This document shows, piece by piece, positions 1-11,310 of a stretch of 64,000 bases of DNA (positions are counted from its first letter, which is position 1; each line of letters starts with the position of its first letter). Position numbers and translations under genes: made by a program. The DNA lies in the NCBI GenBank assembly GCA_000165345.1, contig CM000434.1:736001-800000 (forward strand). Reading direction: 5' to 3'. The notes beneath the pieces were generated by a model that was not told the origin of the DNA, did not search any database, and saw only the letters and a list, made by a program, of their open reading frames with translations.

Positions 1-235
1 CTTTATATAATCGTTCAAATTCTACAATATCCCCAGTTTCAAATTTATCAAACAATCTACCATCAAAGTTGAATTGGAAACACGAAGAAAATCCACCAAA
101 TGGAAATGAATAAAGCATTAAATACTCATTTGTGATTCTTATCAATACATCTTGGCATTTAAACCCTCTCAAGAGACAACTCAAACAATTATTTAATTGC
201 TTAATTATACTATTATCCCCCTCCACAGAAATCAT
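1..235 (-). CDS. 5' part of a minus-strand gene that runs off the window start; hypothetical protein
   Basis: Open frame on the minus strand with ATG at 233-235 (plus 'cat'), stop-free down to position 1 (M-I-S-V-E-G-D-N-S-I-I-K-Q-L-N-N-C-L-S-C-L-L-R-G-F-K-C-Q-D-V-L-I-R-I-T-N-E-Y-L-M-L-Y-S-F-P-F-G-G-F-S-S-C-F-Q-F-N-F-D-G-R-L-F-D-K-F-E-T-G-D-I-V-E-F-E-R-L-Y-K…). An in-frame TGA lies just upstream (248-250). The promoter cassette at 541-615 sits ~300-380 bp upstream in the same orientation as for other minus-strand genes. No homolog recognised. Confidence 0.3.
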   Translation of the reverse strand, partial: MISVEGDNSIIKQLNNCLSCLLRGFKCQDVLIRITNEYLMLYSFPFGGFSSCFQFNFDGRLFDKFETGDIVEFERLYK

Positions 236-540
236 TATCAGAATTATTCAAATCTTCTACCTTTCAAGCAATAGCACACACAAATACATATGTAATCAAA
301 TCATCCAGATCCAATTATTTAACAAATTTCTGAGAAGATCGGATTAAGGGAATTCAAGCTTTTATATTTATTAAATCAAGTTGGCGCCAATTATTCCAAC
401 AATTGAAAAACAAATGAGAGATTTATTTCTATTAATTCAATGAACACTCCTTTTTTCAAAATCAATTAATCCCCACTTAATTTCAGCTCATTCTTTATCC
501 ATTCCTTTAATCTACCCAAAATAAATTCCTTTTTATTTTA

Positions 541-615
541 TTTTGGTACCCAACATTTATTTTTTTTCAAATACCGGTATATAATACATGTTTGGCGCCC
601 GCATGTTTTGGCGCC
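541..615. promoter_or_regulatory. Composite promoter cassette: GGTACC (545-550) – ACCGGTATATAA (573-584) – CATGTTTGGCGCC (588-599) – GCATGTTTTGGCGCC (601-615)
   Basis: Read directly from the sequence. The same ordered cassette recurs at 19725-19767. It lies in the divergent region between the partial minus gene (start 235) and the INCENP-like gene (1124). Confidence 0.5.
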
Positions 616-660
616 ACGTTATTATTTTTTCATTAATATAAGGTAAAGGGGAAAAAAGTA

Positions 661-700
661 ATAGGGAGGGGTGGAGAGGGGAGGGGTTTGGGTAGGGAGG
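661..700 (+). repeat. G-run purine tract (potential G-quadruplex) in the INCENP-like 5' region
   Basis: 'gggaggggtggagaggggaggggtttgggtagggagg': seven GGG(G) runs within 40 nt in a ~70% AT context. Confidence 0.5.
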
Positions 701-1123
701 ATAAAATAAAATTTTGATAAATGTGAAAAAAACTTAAGTGGGAAGGGTGGAAAAGGAGTTAAAAGAAAAATATTGATTTGCAATTAATAGTTTAAATCTT
801 AATTTGAATATTGGGAACATATAGGAAGTGCTCACGTTGCAATCCTTTAGATACGGATTGAGGGTGAGGCATCGATCCACGCCTTAGTGAGAGAGGTAGT
901 ATAAAAGGTATTAAAAGGAGGTAATATTGGGCTTATTTTTCAGCTTTAGCATTGAGATTTATCGTATTAAGGGAATCTGAAGAGTGTCAAGACGAGAAAA
1001 GGAGAGAAGTTACTGAGAGTAACAAATTGCATGCAAAAGTGTGTGGTTACGGAGAGAGAAAGACTGGATTTAGATTATATAGAATAGAGCCAGAGGCAGA
1101 TAGAGACTATAGAATAACAAGAT

Positions 1124-3610
1124 ATGGAGACTGAAAATAAAGTTGAGGTGATTGACTTTGAGATTGGTGAGAAAGGAAAGGATAATGCAGATACAAAAGA
1201 AATGGAACAACTTCTGGCCCTGGACGACTTTAAAAAGGTGATTGGACTATTAGAAAGAGCAAAGGAATCAAGCCTAAGGAGGTTGGATAGGACTTTATTA
1301 CTAATAGAAGAAAATTTTGAGCAAGTGAGTAAAAGGTTCGATCAAGACGATCTATCATGCCTGGATTATCGCATGTGTGATGTGGATCTTCCTGAAATGG
1401 AGGTTGATCCAACTGAAGAAGAAATTAACAATACTGTGAATTGTTTTTTGAGCAAATTAGTAGAAACAGGAAAGATCCAGCTTAGGCAGCTAAAGAGAGA
1501 GCTGAGCGAAGTGAAGGAAGTCACGGAAAGTATCCTAGTTTCAGAGGTAAATGAAGAAGAGAATAAACAAATCTTTGAAAGCCCTAAACCAAAAAAGGTC
1601 AAGGATGAAAGCGGGTTTGTAGCGAGTATGAAACGTCTCTGGGAAAACAAGACCCCAAAGCTTTCCTCAATTTGGAGGAGGAATGAAGAGAGTAAGAACC
1701 TGATTGTTAATAAACTTGGAGTGTCCAGATTGGATAAGTTGGATATTGTGGACGGCTTTTTGTTTAAAGACGATGATACAGAAAAGAAGGATGGAGTCAG
1801 TTTGGATATAGAAATGGAAAGTATTGTGGAAGCTGAAGCTGATGTTGAGGTTGATCCTGAGACTGAATTTGGGGTTGAGACAGAAATTGAAGGAACTGGT
1901 GAGGCAGAGGCAGATATGGAGCAAAATATAGAAACAGAAACGGAAGTGATGACATCTGCCAGAAATAATACATCCTTCAAGTCGATTTCTAACGAGGACG
2001 TAATTTCTCCAAAACCTCCAAACGCCATTTTGTCTATGGGAGGATCATCTCCACTTCAGAGCCCACCTTTGTTAGTTCTCACTCCTTCTACTCCCATCCC
2101 GATTGTTCCAACTACAATATCTCACCAGGCTCAAGGAGGAGAAGCAAGGAACTCCATCGCAAAGGTTCAAGTAGGGGAAACCTCTGCAGGGACAGAAATT
2201 CTAAGGACTTCAGTAGTTATCGGTTCGGGTGAGATCGAAAGCCATACAATAGAAGGAAAAGAAAGAGTCTCAAAGTCTACGACAAATGCTAACGAGGATT
2301 CCCCTCTACCTCCAAGGCCAATCAGAAGACAAACAAGTGAGAAGATGCAGGAAAAAGGAGAAAATAGGGTTGAGGAAGTTGAGGGAGGAGAGCAGACTCC
2401 AATTCTAAAGGGAGGATTGGAGGGAACTCCCATAGATAAAAATAGAGAAGAGGTGGGAGAAAATGATTTTGTTCGACCAGAGAGAATTAGCCATGTAAAA
2501 AAAAGTGGATTGAGGTCCATTCTCCACCACTCTGCCAATAGGATTCCTTTGGAACAGACGATGTCTTCCTCTGGGCTTGGAACAGGAGCCGGAGGAGGAG
2601 CTGGAGCAACTGCAGGAGCTGGAGAAAACAATAATACTGCTAATAGAGGAAGTATAAATACTGTCAGACAAAGTAGAGGATCTACAGCTGCTAATAACTT
2701 GGTGAAAACTCCAATCAACAAGGGATTCTGCGAAATGGAAACAGAAGGGAAGGACAAACTTAGAATTGGAGAAAGCCCATGTAGAAGGTACCATAAACGC
2801 CTGAAACTACTTCCTCCTGTAAATCCAGATGAATGTTATGTGCTAACAGACAGTGAAGATGAACAACAGAACTGTGGAGTAGGAGGAAATGGAGGTGGAG
2901 AACTTAAGATTACTAAAGCTCAAAAGAAAATACCACTCTGGGCAAGAAGCATGAATTGGATCCCAAAAATGAAGGAACAAAGAAATGTAGATCCATTCAG
3001 TATCTTTGGAGACTCTTGTATGTTCATGGACCTCGAGGATGTATTCCAAAGACCTTGGTATATCTCCACCATCGCTAGAGATAACAGAATCAAGTCGTGG
3101 CAAAATGATCGGCTCACCTCTCTCAACTGGAGTGAAGACTCTCTTACTTCTGACGAACTCAGACAATACAAGATGAGAATGAACCTCTATATTGATAAAT
3201 CCAATGAAGTCTATGTCACAGAACCTTGCTTCACTCCTTCCCCAAATCCTCTTGCCAATGGCGCATGGAACCATATAAACAAACAAAGAATCAACAGTGG
3301 AGGCACCACAGTCATTCGAAAAGCTCTAAATCTATCCATCCATAGACTTAACAATAGCATCTCCAATAAACCCAACTCCTCCATTCCTTCCTCTCATCTA
3401 GCTCCCCCATCCTCTTCAGTCTCATCTTCCAAACTTGGCGAAGCTACCTTAAACCATCTACAAACAGACAAAAATTCCTCCATTTCCAATATTGAAAACA
3501 ATAATATCGCAAACTTCCTCTCCAAACCAATTAATTCATCCAAAGACTGCCCCAATGTCGCACATCAACACAGCAATCACATTATTGGTAATTCATCCTT
3601 CCTTCAGTAA
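1124..3610 (+). CDS. INCENP-like chromosomal passenger protein; low-complexity E/S-rich body with a C-terminal IN-box
   Basis: 828-aa ORF, ATG at 1124 verified. C-terminal segment 'KIPLWARSMNWIPKMKEQRNVDPFSIFGDSCMFMDLEDVFQRPWYISTIARDNRIKSWQNDRLTS' follows the INCENP IN-box pattern (IPxWA … DP..IFG … DLE[ED][VI]F … R…SW). The rest is acidic/Ser-rich and unalignable. Confidence 0.55.
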   Translation: METENKVEVIDFEIGEKGKDNADTKEMEQLLALDDFKKVIGLLERAKESSLRRLDRTLLLIEENFEQVSKRFDQDDLSCLDYRMCDVDLPEMEVDPTEEEINNTVNCFLSKLVETGKIQLRQLKRELSEVKEVTESILVSEVNEEENKQIFESPKPKKVKDESGFVASMKRLWENKTPKLSSIWRRNEESKNLIVNKLGVSRLDKLDIVDGFLFKDDDTEKKDGVSLDIEMESIVEAEADVEVDPETEFGVETEIEGTGEAEADMEQNIETETEVMTSARNNTSFKSISNEDVISPKPPNAILSMGGSSPLQSPPLLVLTPSTPIPIVPTTISHQAQGGEARNSIAKVQVGETSAGTEILRTSVVIGSGEIESHTIEGKERVSKSTTNANEDSPLPPRPIRRQTSEKMQEKGENRVEEVEGGEQTPILKGGLEGTPIDKNREEVGENDFVRPERISHVKKSGLRSILHHSANRIPLEQTMSSSGLGTGAGGGAGATAGAGENNNTANRGSINTVRQSRGSTAANNLVKTPINKGFCEMETEGKDKLRIGESPCRRYHKRLKLLPPVNPDECYVLTDSEDEQQNCGVGGNGGGELKITKAQKKIPLWARSMNWIPKMKEQRNVDPFSIFGDSCMFMDLEDVFQRPWYISTIARDNRIKSWQNDRLTSLNWSEDSLTSDELRQYKMRMNLYIDKSNEVYVTEPCFTPSPNPLANGAWNHINKQRINSGGTTVIRKALNLSIHRLNNSISNKPNSSIPSSHLAPPSSSVSSSKLGEATLNHLQTDKNSSISNIENNNIANFLSKPINSSKDCPNVAHQHSNHIIGNSSFLQ

Positions 3611-4346
3611 TTTGTGCATCACGTGAGGGTTCCCGCGCGCGCCTCCATCTGCATTTTACTCTAAGTTGGAATATTTCTAGTGCTTCTAAAAGTTAATTAA
3701 GGATTAATAAGTTGAATATCTTTCAAATAATTGTTTATATATATACGTATGTATGTATATGCTTATTTATTTATATTTCTCAGAAATTTCTGACTGTTGT
3801 ATTCCCTATTCTTCAATATTAGTTTCCTTATCATCAATTCTCCCTTACCAATACTGCCAATCCCTTATAAATTTGATTCTTGAATCTTTTCAAATCTTTA
3901 AACAACTTTCCTTTTGGCTTTGGAGTCAATCCTTCCCTCCCCCCATCTACCCACTCACCAATTCTTTCGTTCACCCCTCCCCCTCTTCTCTATTCTGAGA
4001 TTGGAAGGTTTCGCATGTTTTGGCGGTAAAATGTGAGTCAGAATTATTAGGTAAAGGATTATCCCACTAAAGTATAAATACATCAAATACGCTTCAAATC
4101 TCAACTAAGCAAGTAAAAAGGAGTGAATATACCTTAGGATTACTGCTCTATAAAAATAGGCAGGAAGGGAAATTAAGCAAGAAACACGGCTTTATAGCCT
4201 TGTTAAAGTACATCAGCTAAAAATAGAATGAATCTAGGGAGGAGCAAAAGTAGAGGCTTGGCTTAGGAATCATTTTGATGTGATGTTAACTAAGTGTTAT
4301 AGGAAGAAAACTTTAACCCACAAAAAGAAGAAGAAAAATTCTTGTA

Positions 4347-6824
4347 ATGATTAAAGAAAGAATGAAAATACAAGCCATGTTTTTCTTAAATATCATCAAA
4401 ATTATATTTATTATACATTTTTTCACTTTAATACACGGTACCGAATTCAAATTAGATCATGATCAAGAATTTGACCAATTTGAAAAGTTATATAGAGAAA
4501 AAAAATATGAGAAGCTATATAGAGAATTAAAAGAATGTGAATTTAAAGACTCAAGATGCGCACAAATATTGGGAGAAATGTATTTCATAGGATTGCATGT
4601 CGATCAAGATATTGTTACAGCAATATCATACTGGAAATTATCTTCAGATTATGGAAATTCTGAAGGTCAATTTTGCATGGGTATGGTTTACACGCTTTTT
4701 CCGTTCTTGGACTCACTTGAGTGCATCACTAATAGTCATGTTGGCGCCAAACACCCAAAAATTACATTGGACAATTTTCTAGAAAATGGTAGTCCGATAC
4801 CATGTGATTTTTATCCATATTCAAAAGATGACGCTCCAAAATTCTTAAAAAAGTATAAGTCTCTAATAATTAATCACTCTTTTAATGATCAAGATTACGA
4901 AAAGGATGCAAATGTTATAGAAAAAGTGTCAAAATCTATACAGCTTTCAAATCTATATTTATATTTTTCTTCACTCTCTGGTCATACTGGAGCACAGTTA
5001 GCCTTAGGATTTAGATATGAGCATGGACTTGGAGTACCTAGATCATGTGAAGCTGCAATATCTAACTACATTGAGACAGCAAAAACTTCAGTTTCATTTA
5101 AAAAACAAGGATTTTCAGAAAAAGAACAACTAATACGCCTTTCAATTCCGGACTGGGAGCCAATGAAAAAGCTTTTTAATCCAACAGAAAATAGGAATCG
5201 TGAAGATCTAGCTATAAATTTGGCAGAATCTGGAAGTATTACAATCCAACTAGCCTTAGCTAAAAGATATCTATTAGGAGTAGATGGATTTAAACAAGAC
5301 GCTACTAAAGCTTATAAATATCTAAGAAAAATTGCTGATAAAGCTAAATCAATGGTTGGAGTTGTATTAGATATTCCTTCTACACTTATTTATGGCGAAG
5401 CTATTGGGTTACTTGGTTACATGCATGCATTAGGTATCGGTACCTCTCCAGATCTAAAAACTGCATCTGAATATTTTTCAATTTCAGCCTTTATATATAA
5501 CGATCCAGGAGGCCATAATGGTATGGGATATGTTTATTTTCATGGATGTGAAGGATTTGAGAGAAATTTTAGATTAGCTTTTCACCACTTTAATGAAAGT
5601 GCTTTTCATTTATTTGCTGATGCACAATATAATTTAGCGTCTCTTTATCTTACCGGTATGGGTACCCCTCAATCATATTCAGATGCAATTTCTTGGTATA
5701 CAAGAGCTTATGAGCAGGGACATCTTCCATCTGCATATGCACTTTCACAGTTAAATTTGAATGGGCTTGGTATAAATAGAGATTGTAATACAGCTTTGGG
5801 ATTTCTTAGAGAAATTATACAAAGATCAAATTGGACAAATAATTTGATTTCAATTACCAATAAATTTTCAAGATCCAAAAGTAAAGATGAAAAGAATCAA
5901 ATGATTCTCAGTACAATGAAACTTGCAATTACAGGATATGCACCATCTATATCTAACTTAGCCTCTTTATTAGATCAAGATCTTAGAAATAATAAACATC
6001 TTGAATGGGTATCGTCCATAATTGGAATCCCTCTTCCAGATTTTTCATTTAAGCCAAATAGAGTTGAGTACTGGTTTAAGTTATTATCAGCCAAAGTTAT
6101 CCCAAAAATCCTTTTAAAGTTTTTTCCTGATCTTGAAAATATTAATTTAGATACTTATAATATAGGTAACGAAAATAATGAAAAAGGTATCGAAAATATT
6201 AATAAATGGTATTTACCACAAATGTTTTTAGAATTTTCAATATATAATGAGAATGTTGATTCAATTATAAGATATGGAGATTACTCATACTATGGAAAAG
6301 GAGTCGAACTTAGATATAAACTTTCTCCAAAGCTTTTAGAGAATTCTTCTAATTCTAGCTGGATTAGACCTTTAGAGCTCGAAATTGTTTCTATGGAATC
6401 TCCAAATTATTTGGCAGCATTCGATCTTTATAAGATTGTCTCAAATAGCATAATAACTTCTAGATGGATGATTTCTCCTATTTCAGAAGCCTCCTTTAAT
6501 TTAGCATTTATGGCTCAATTCGGAATAGGAATTGTGCAAGATCTTCATTTTGCAGAAAAGTATTATAAAAAGATGGTTGAAACTGGGAGTATCAATAGAA
6601 TAAGCAATGGTATTGGAGATCTTCTTATCTATTTTACGCAAATCCATAGAAGTCTTAATAAAACTATTAATTCTTTAAATAAGATTTCATATCAGGACCT
6701 AAAGGCCAATGGGAATTTCTTCCTCATTCTCAAATTAGGCCACCTCTTACTTTTCCTATTGATTCTCAAACTACTCGTCTATATTTATACTAAATGGACA
6801 AAAACTAGAGGAGATTCTTCTTAA
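4347..6824 (+). CDS. Sel1-repeat (TPR-like) membrane protein, Hrd3/SEL1L-like ERAD adaptor
   Basis: 825 aa with an N-terminal hydrophobic signal (MKIQAMFFLNIIKIIFIIHFFTLIHG). Multiple Sel1-like repeats (…AQLALGFRYEHGLGVPRSCEAAISNY…, GMGYVYFHGCEGFERNFRLAFHHF, AQYNLASLYLTGMGTPQSYSDAISWYTRAYEQGH). C-terminal TM helix (FFLILKLGHLLLFLLILKLLVYIY). The true start may be a downstream in-frame M. Confidence 0.6.
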   Translation: MIKERMKIQAMFFLNIIKIIFIIHFFTLIHGTEFKLDHDQEFDQFEKLYREKKYEKLYRELKECEFKDSRCAQILGEMYFIGLHVDQDIVTAISYWKLSSDYGNSEGQFCMGMVYTLFPFLDSLECITNSHVGAKHPKITLDNFLENGSPIPCDFYPYSKDDAPKFLKKYKSLIINHSFNDQDYEKDANVIEKVSKSIQLSNLYLYFSSLSGHTGAQLALGFRYEHGLGVPRSCEAAISNYIETAKTSVSFKKQGFSEKEQLIRLSIPDWEPMKKLFNPTENRNREDLAINLAESGSITIQLALAKRYLLGVDGFKQDATKAYKYLRKIADKAKSMVGVVLDIPSTLIYGEAIGLLGYMHALGIGTSPDLKTASEYFSISAFIYNDPGGHNGMGYVYFHGCEGFERNFRLAFHHFNESAFHLFADAQYNLASLYLTGMGTPQSYSDAISWYTRAYEQGHLPSAYALSQLNLNGLGINRDCNTALGFLREIIQRSNWTNNLISITNKFSRSKSKDEKNQMILSTMKLAITGYAPSISNLASLLDQDLRNNKHLEWVSSIIGIPLPDFSFKPNRVEYWFKLLSAKVIPKILLKFFPDLENINLDTYNIGNENNEKGIENINKWYLPQMFLEFSIYNENVDSIIRYGDYSYYGKGVELRYKLSPKLLENSSNSSWIRPLELEIVSMESPNYLAAFDLYKIVSNSIITSRWMISPISEASFNLAFMAQFGIGIVQDLHFAEKYYKKMVETGSINRISNGIGDLLIYFTQIHRSLNKTINSLNKISYQDLKANGNFFLILKLGHLLLFLLILKLLVYIYTKWTKTRGDSS

Positions 6825-7278
6825 ATCCTAATGATATTGAAATAATATAATTTTTTATTTTCCTTTATATATTTTCTCCTATTTAATTAATCTTTTTAAC
6901 ATTATTCGCCTATGCATGTTTTGCGCGCCAGTTTGCCGGTGTTTAATTTAAAAGGTAACGTGTCTCGTAATTATATAAAATATTATTAAAAAATTTTATT
7001 CAATATTATTTAATAATATATGTGAAATGTTAATAAATAAAAAAAAATTTAATCAGACCAAAAGGCGGCAACTTCTAATGGCAATTAGAAATTTCTGTCT
7101 ACAATTTTAAATTGTCAAAAATTAATGAATTAAATATTAAATTGCTGATCATCTTATTTAAATTATTAAAATTATATTCCGCGTAAATAATTAATAAAAG
7201 AATAATTCATCCAAGTTCCCATTGAAACTAAGTAAGAAGTCTTGTTTTAAAAGATAAACTTCAACTCGAGAAAAAAAA

Positions 7279-7716
7279 ATGGCAGATACTGAACAAAAGA
7301 AGAGAACCTTCAGAACTTATAGTTACAGAGGTGTTGACCTCGACAAGCTCCTTACCATGAAATTGGATGAGGTTGTTGAGCTTTTACCAGCACGTAAAAG
7401 ACGTAAGATAGCCAGAGGTTGTCTTAACAGAAGAACTGCAGCTTTTATCGCAAAGCTCCGCAAATCTAAGGCTGAATGTCCAATGGGAGAGAAACCTGTT
7501 GCTGTTCGTACCCATTTACGTAATATGGTTATCCTCCCAGAAATGGTTGGTTCTGTTGCAGGTGTCTACAATGGTAAGACTTATGTTACTGTTGAAATTA
7601 AGCCAGAAATGATTGGAATGTACCTTGGAGAGTTCTCTATCACTTACAAGCCAGTACGTCATGGTAAGCCAGGTGTTGGTTCAACCAGTTCTTCCAGATT
7701 CATTCCTCTAAAGTAA
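7279..7716 (+). CDS. RPS15: 40S ribosomal protein S15 (uS19), intronless
   Basis: 145 aa, aligns along its full length to eukaryotic RPS15 (…[68 protein letters not shown]). Confidence 0.95.
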   Translation: MADTEQKKRTFRTYSYRGVDLDKLLTMKLDEVVELLPARKRRKIARGCLNRRTAAFIAKLRKSKAECPMGEKPVAVRTHLRNMVILPEMVGSVAGVYNGKTYVTVEIKPEMIGMYLGEFSITYKPVRHGKPGVGSTSSSRFIPLK

Positions 7717-9072
7717 AAGGTTATTTTAAGTTACCACCATTATTTATAAGAAAATATTTGGTGCGTATTATTGATTGGCCCTACCATATTCTATTTACAG
7801 AAAAGTTTGTTAACTTTGGAAATATAATAACATGGTCTCTTCTTAAGGGAAATAATCCAGTACTTTCTTTTTTTTCATGTGCTCGGTATGTTCTGAAATC
7901 TAAGGTTGAGAGGATATTGAAGGAGGGGGTCCTCATTTTTTGTATTATTATTCCTTAGAAAAATGGCTCGACCTGCAATTGAAGTAAACAATGAAGAATA
8001 GAAGAAGATGGAATTTGGCATGTAGCTTATTATGAGAGCTTTACAATCATTAACACTGATTTTGTTGAGTATTTGGTACCTTTTCTTAAAATTTGGACTA
8101 TTCCAAAATATTTAACTATAACTCACATTTCAAATCTTATTCTAAAACCTTTATTGATTATATACAATACATCATTATTGTATCGTTTCATGCTCTAAAT
8201 TCCATTAAAGTTGAATAAAACTAACAGCCGCCCCTCCAGTCTTGAAACTATTGGTAATAGATGTATAAATATATATGTATGAGAGACTTCAGCTTCACCA
8301 TTGTTTGGTCTTGGACAAGACAGCCTAAATAATTGATGAACAAAACGATATTGAACTGTCAATTTCTCCTTGAAGTATGCCGCTACACTGACTTTGTCTG
8401 ATTATCAAGTCAATTCCGCATGATTATACCTCCCTAGTGTATATTATGTTGGTGTAGTATGGTCATGTTTATGATGATTATGATGTGGGTCTCTGAATAC
8501 TGATTGTTTACTATTCTAATAAGGTGAAAAGTTTTGATGAATATTGATAAAAACCATTGACTAGCTTTTTTTCAAGAGAGGCTATATATCGATATTTTAT
8601 TCATTTTAGTTCACTTTCTTTTTAGATAGAGGAGGATCTTTATAATTTTTCAGAGTTTTTACTCTTTTCTTTATTTCCTTTCCCACTGCATTTTATATTT
8701 ACCTTTTAAATAATCGATATCAATTCTAATGCATTATGCCTTTGCCTTTCTATGTGACCACTTTTTCCCCACCCGCTAATTTTCTCTTTTGATGCATTTC
8801 TTTTCTTCCCATCAACATAATTTTTCACAAATATGGCGCCTAAATGCGAGACGACAATGACCCGGTACTGAAACTTTATGGCGCCATTCTAAAATATTAA
8901 TTTTTATTTGTAAATAGATTTTAATTATATTTAATTATTATAATATAATTAACTATTTACAAAAAGAGTCATTTAAAGAAAATTTTTTTTGCCTTAAAAG
9001 AAAATTTACTTCTTTTAAAATAACAAATTTTTGAAATTTTGGGACTTTTGTAATTTTAAAGTATTTCCAGAA

Positions 9073-11310
9073 ATGACTTTTGCAAGACCAATTGTTAGTG
9101 TTTTTCCATCAAACGACTCTACAAAGGCTACTTCCAGTATTCCTTTGCCAACAGTCTTTGTTTCTCCATTAAGACATGATCTTGTTCGTTATGTTTTCAC
9201 CAATATGTCAAAGAACAAGAGACAAGCTTATGGTGTTTCCACTAAAGCAGGTAAGTTCTTGAAGATTCAACAGAGGAAATGTAAATGATTTGGTCATTCG
9301 TGATGAAAGCTATTGATAGGGACATCTGAATTTTCCATGATGTTCTGAAGAAATATTCATTATTTCTAAGATAGTAGATTCTGATCATTATGTATATAAT
9401 ACGCCACTTTTACATTTCAACTATATTAATATTATCCAATTGTCTTGAACATCGATTAATTTCTATATTCCACTTTTAGGCCACCAACATTCTGCTGAGT
9501 CATGGGGTACAGGTAGAGCTGTTGCTCGTATTCCTCGTGTTTCTGCTTCTGGTACTAGCAGATCAGGTAAGTTAATGGTAAAACTCATGTTAATAAATGG
9601 CTTGCTCAGTTGATTGGTTAATCTATTTAACTGGGATTAAATAGTATTATTTTCCAAGTGGTGCCATTCTTTTTTTATGGATATAAAGAGAATAACCGGG
9701 ATGAGAAAATTTGATGATCAATAAATATGGAGAGCTTTTTGGTAGACAAATGATGTTAATAAGTCGTGCACCACACTGAATATTTTATGTGGATAAAACG
9801 ATTCTTTGCTGCCTGTTTTAGAGAAAAAGGAGAAATCTTTTGTATCTATAACAGGTAGTCTGACTAACCAATAACTTTCCAGTGATGGTGGATCGTCAAT
9901 GAAACTAGCAGTGTTCATTTTAACATGAGATATCACTTGATTCTAAATCAACTTTATTTTTTCAACTTTTCAATTATAGGCCAGGGTGCTTTCGGTAACA
10001 TGTGTCGTGGTGGTCATATGTTCAGTCCAAACAAGACTTACAGAAGATTCCACAGAAAGATCAATACCACTGAAAAGAGACATGCAGTTGCAGCAGCCAT
10101 TGCAGCTACCGGTTGCCCATCTTTGGTAATGGCTCGTGGACATCGTATCAATAATGTACCAGAATTACCTTTGGTTATATCCAATGAAATCCAAAACATC
10201 AACAAGACTAGTACTGCTGTTGAATTCTTCAAGAATTTCGGTAAGTTTTGAGATTGTATTTGGCCAAAAGATATTTAAGATGATGAGGTACTATGACAAG
10301 CAAGTTTTGTATCTCTTGCTTTTTATTATATGAATGGGAATTTGGTAGTGGTCTGTATTTGATGGATTCCTGTTTCTATATTTGCATTTTTTGGGATGAT
10401 TTTGGAAGTTACCCAGCTCATACTGAAATATGTAACTGTTGAGAATGCTTCCTTTATTTTATATCTGAAATTATGCAGGTAAATTTCTCTGCCTTCTTAA
10501 CTCGTAAGAAAGTGAGAAATAGAAACATTCATATATATTTGTTACTTTATCATCTTTATGATCATGATCATTCCATTTGTCAATAATATTGGCCAAATAT
10601 ATTTATTATATAACCATTAGTAACAATTTTTAACTTAATATCTTTTTAATTCAATAGGTCTCGAAGAAGAAATGAAGCGTATTGAATCTTCAATAGCTAT
10701 TAGATGTGGTAAGGGTAAGATGAGGAATAGAAGAAGAGTCTGCGCTGTAGGACCATTAGTTGTTTATGCTGAAGATAATGGTATTGTTAAGGCCATGAGA
10801 AATATCAAGGGTGTCGATACATGCTCTGTTGAACGTCTTAATCTCTTGAGACTTGCTCCAGGAGGTACATTTGGTCGTCTTACAATCTTCACAAAGGGTG
10901 CCATTAAGAGACTCCAAGAGATCTATGGTAGCTATACTCATGGCTCATCTTCAAAGGTTGGATACACATTGCCACGTCCAGCAATGACTAACGCTGATAT
11001 TACCCGTATCATCAACTCCACTGAAGTTCAATCTGTATTAAGACCATTACGTGGATTCAGATGCATGGGTAGTATGGGTAGATCCAAGACTAAGAAGAAT
11101 AACTTGACAAATCTCACAAAGAGAGCATGCTTGAACCCAGCATACACCAGCCTCAGAAAGAGCGCAAGATTAGCCCAAATCCCAGGTACTAGACTCCATG
11201 CAATTAAACAACGCCAAAAGGCAGCAAACCGTGCACTCAAGAAGTCAATCAAACAGAAATCTGAGACAGCTCTTGCTGCTAAGGCCTTATCTGGTCATAA
11301 CCAAAATTAA
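9073..11310 (+). CDS. RPL4: 60S ribosomal protein L4 (uL4); 4 exons, 3 introns
   Basis: Exon 1 is 9073..9250 ([11 protein letters not shown]…STKAG). Intron 1 has a GTAAGT donor at 9251 and an acceptor AG at 9478-9479. Exon 2 is 9480..9566 ([29 protein letters not shown]), followed by gtaagt. Exon 3 is ~9980..10240 ([44 protein letters not shown]…), with a gtaagt donor at ~10241. Exon 4 is 10658..11310 ([27 protein letters not shown]…). Phases are consistent and the spliced product is ~392 aa. The ORF track shows only fragments (9031, 9925, 10672). Confidence 0.85.

Noticed and set aside
132-347. 71-aa plus-strand ORF at the window start
   Set aside because: Low-complexity and antisense to a longer minus-strand open frame (1..235). 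It lies in a promoter region. Likely spurious.
1230-3286. Several 60-220-aa minus-strand ORFs overlapping the INCENP-like gene
   Set aside because: They are antisense to a long, well-supported plus ORF. Their Ser/Leu/Phe-rich low-complexity composition is what the reverse complement of a GA/GAA-rich coding sequence produces.
3753-3998. 81-aa ORF in the pyrimidine-rich tract after the INCENP-like gene
   Set aside because: CT-rich low-complexity 3' UTR or promoter sequence with no coding features.
7758-7958. 66-aa ORF downstream of RPS15
   Set aside because: Short, with no motif, inside the RPS15 3' region. Likely non-coding.
8000-8800. Searched the large RPS15–RPL4 intergenic region and other gaps for tRNA, snRNA or rRNA genes
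   Set aside because: No tRNA-like T-arm (GGTTCGAATCC/GTTCGATTC) with an A/B-box arrangement, and no recognisable U-snRNA Sm-site context, found by eye. Cannot exclude without a tRNAscan or Infernal run.
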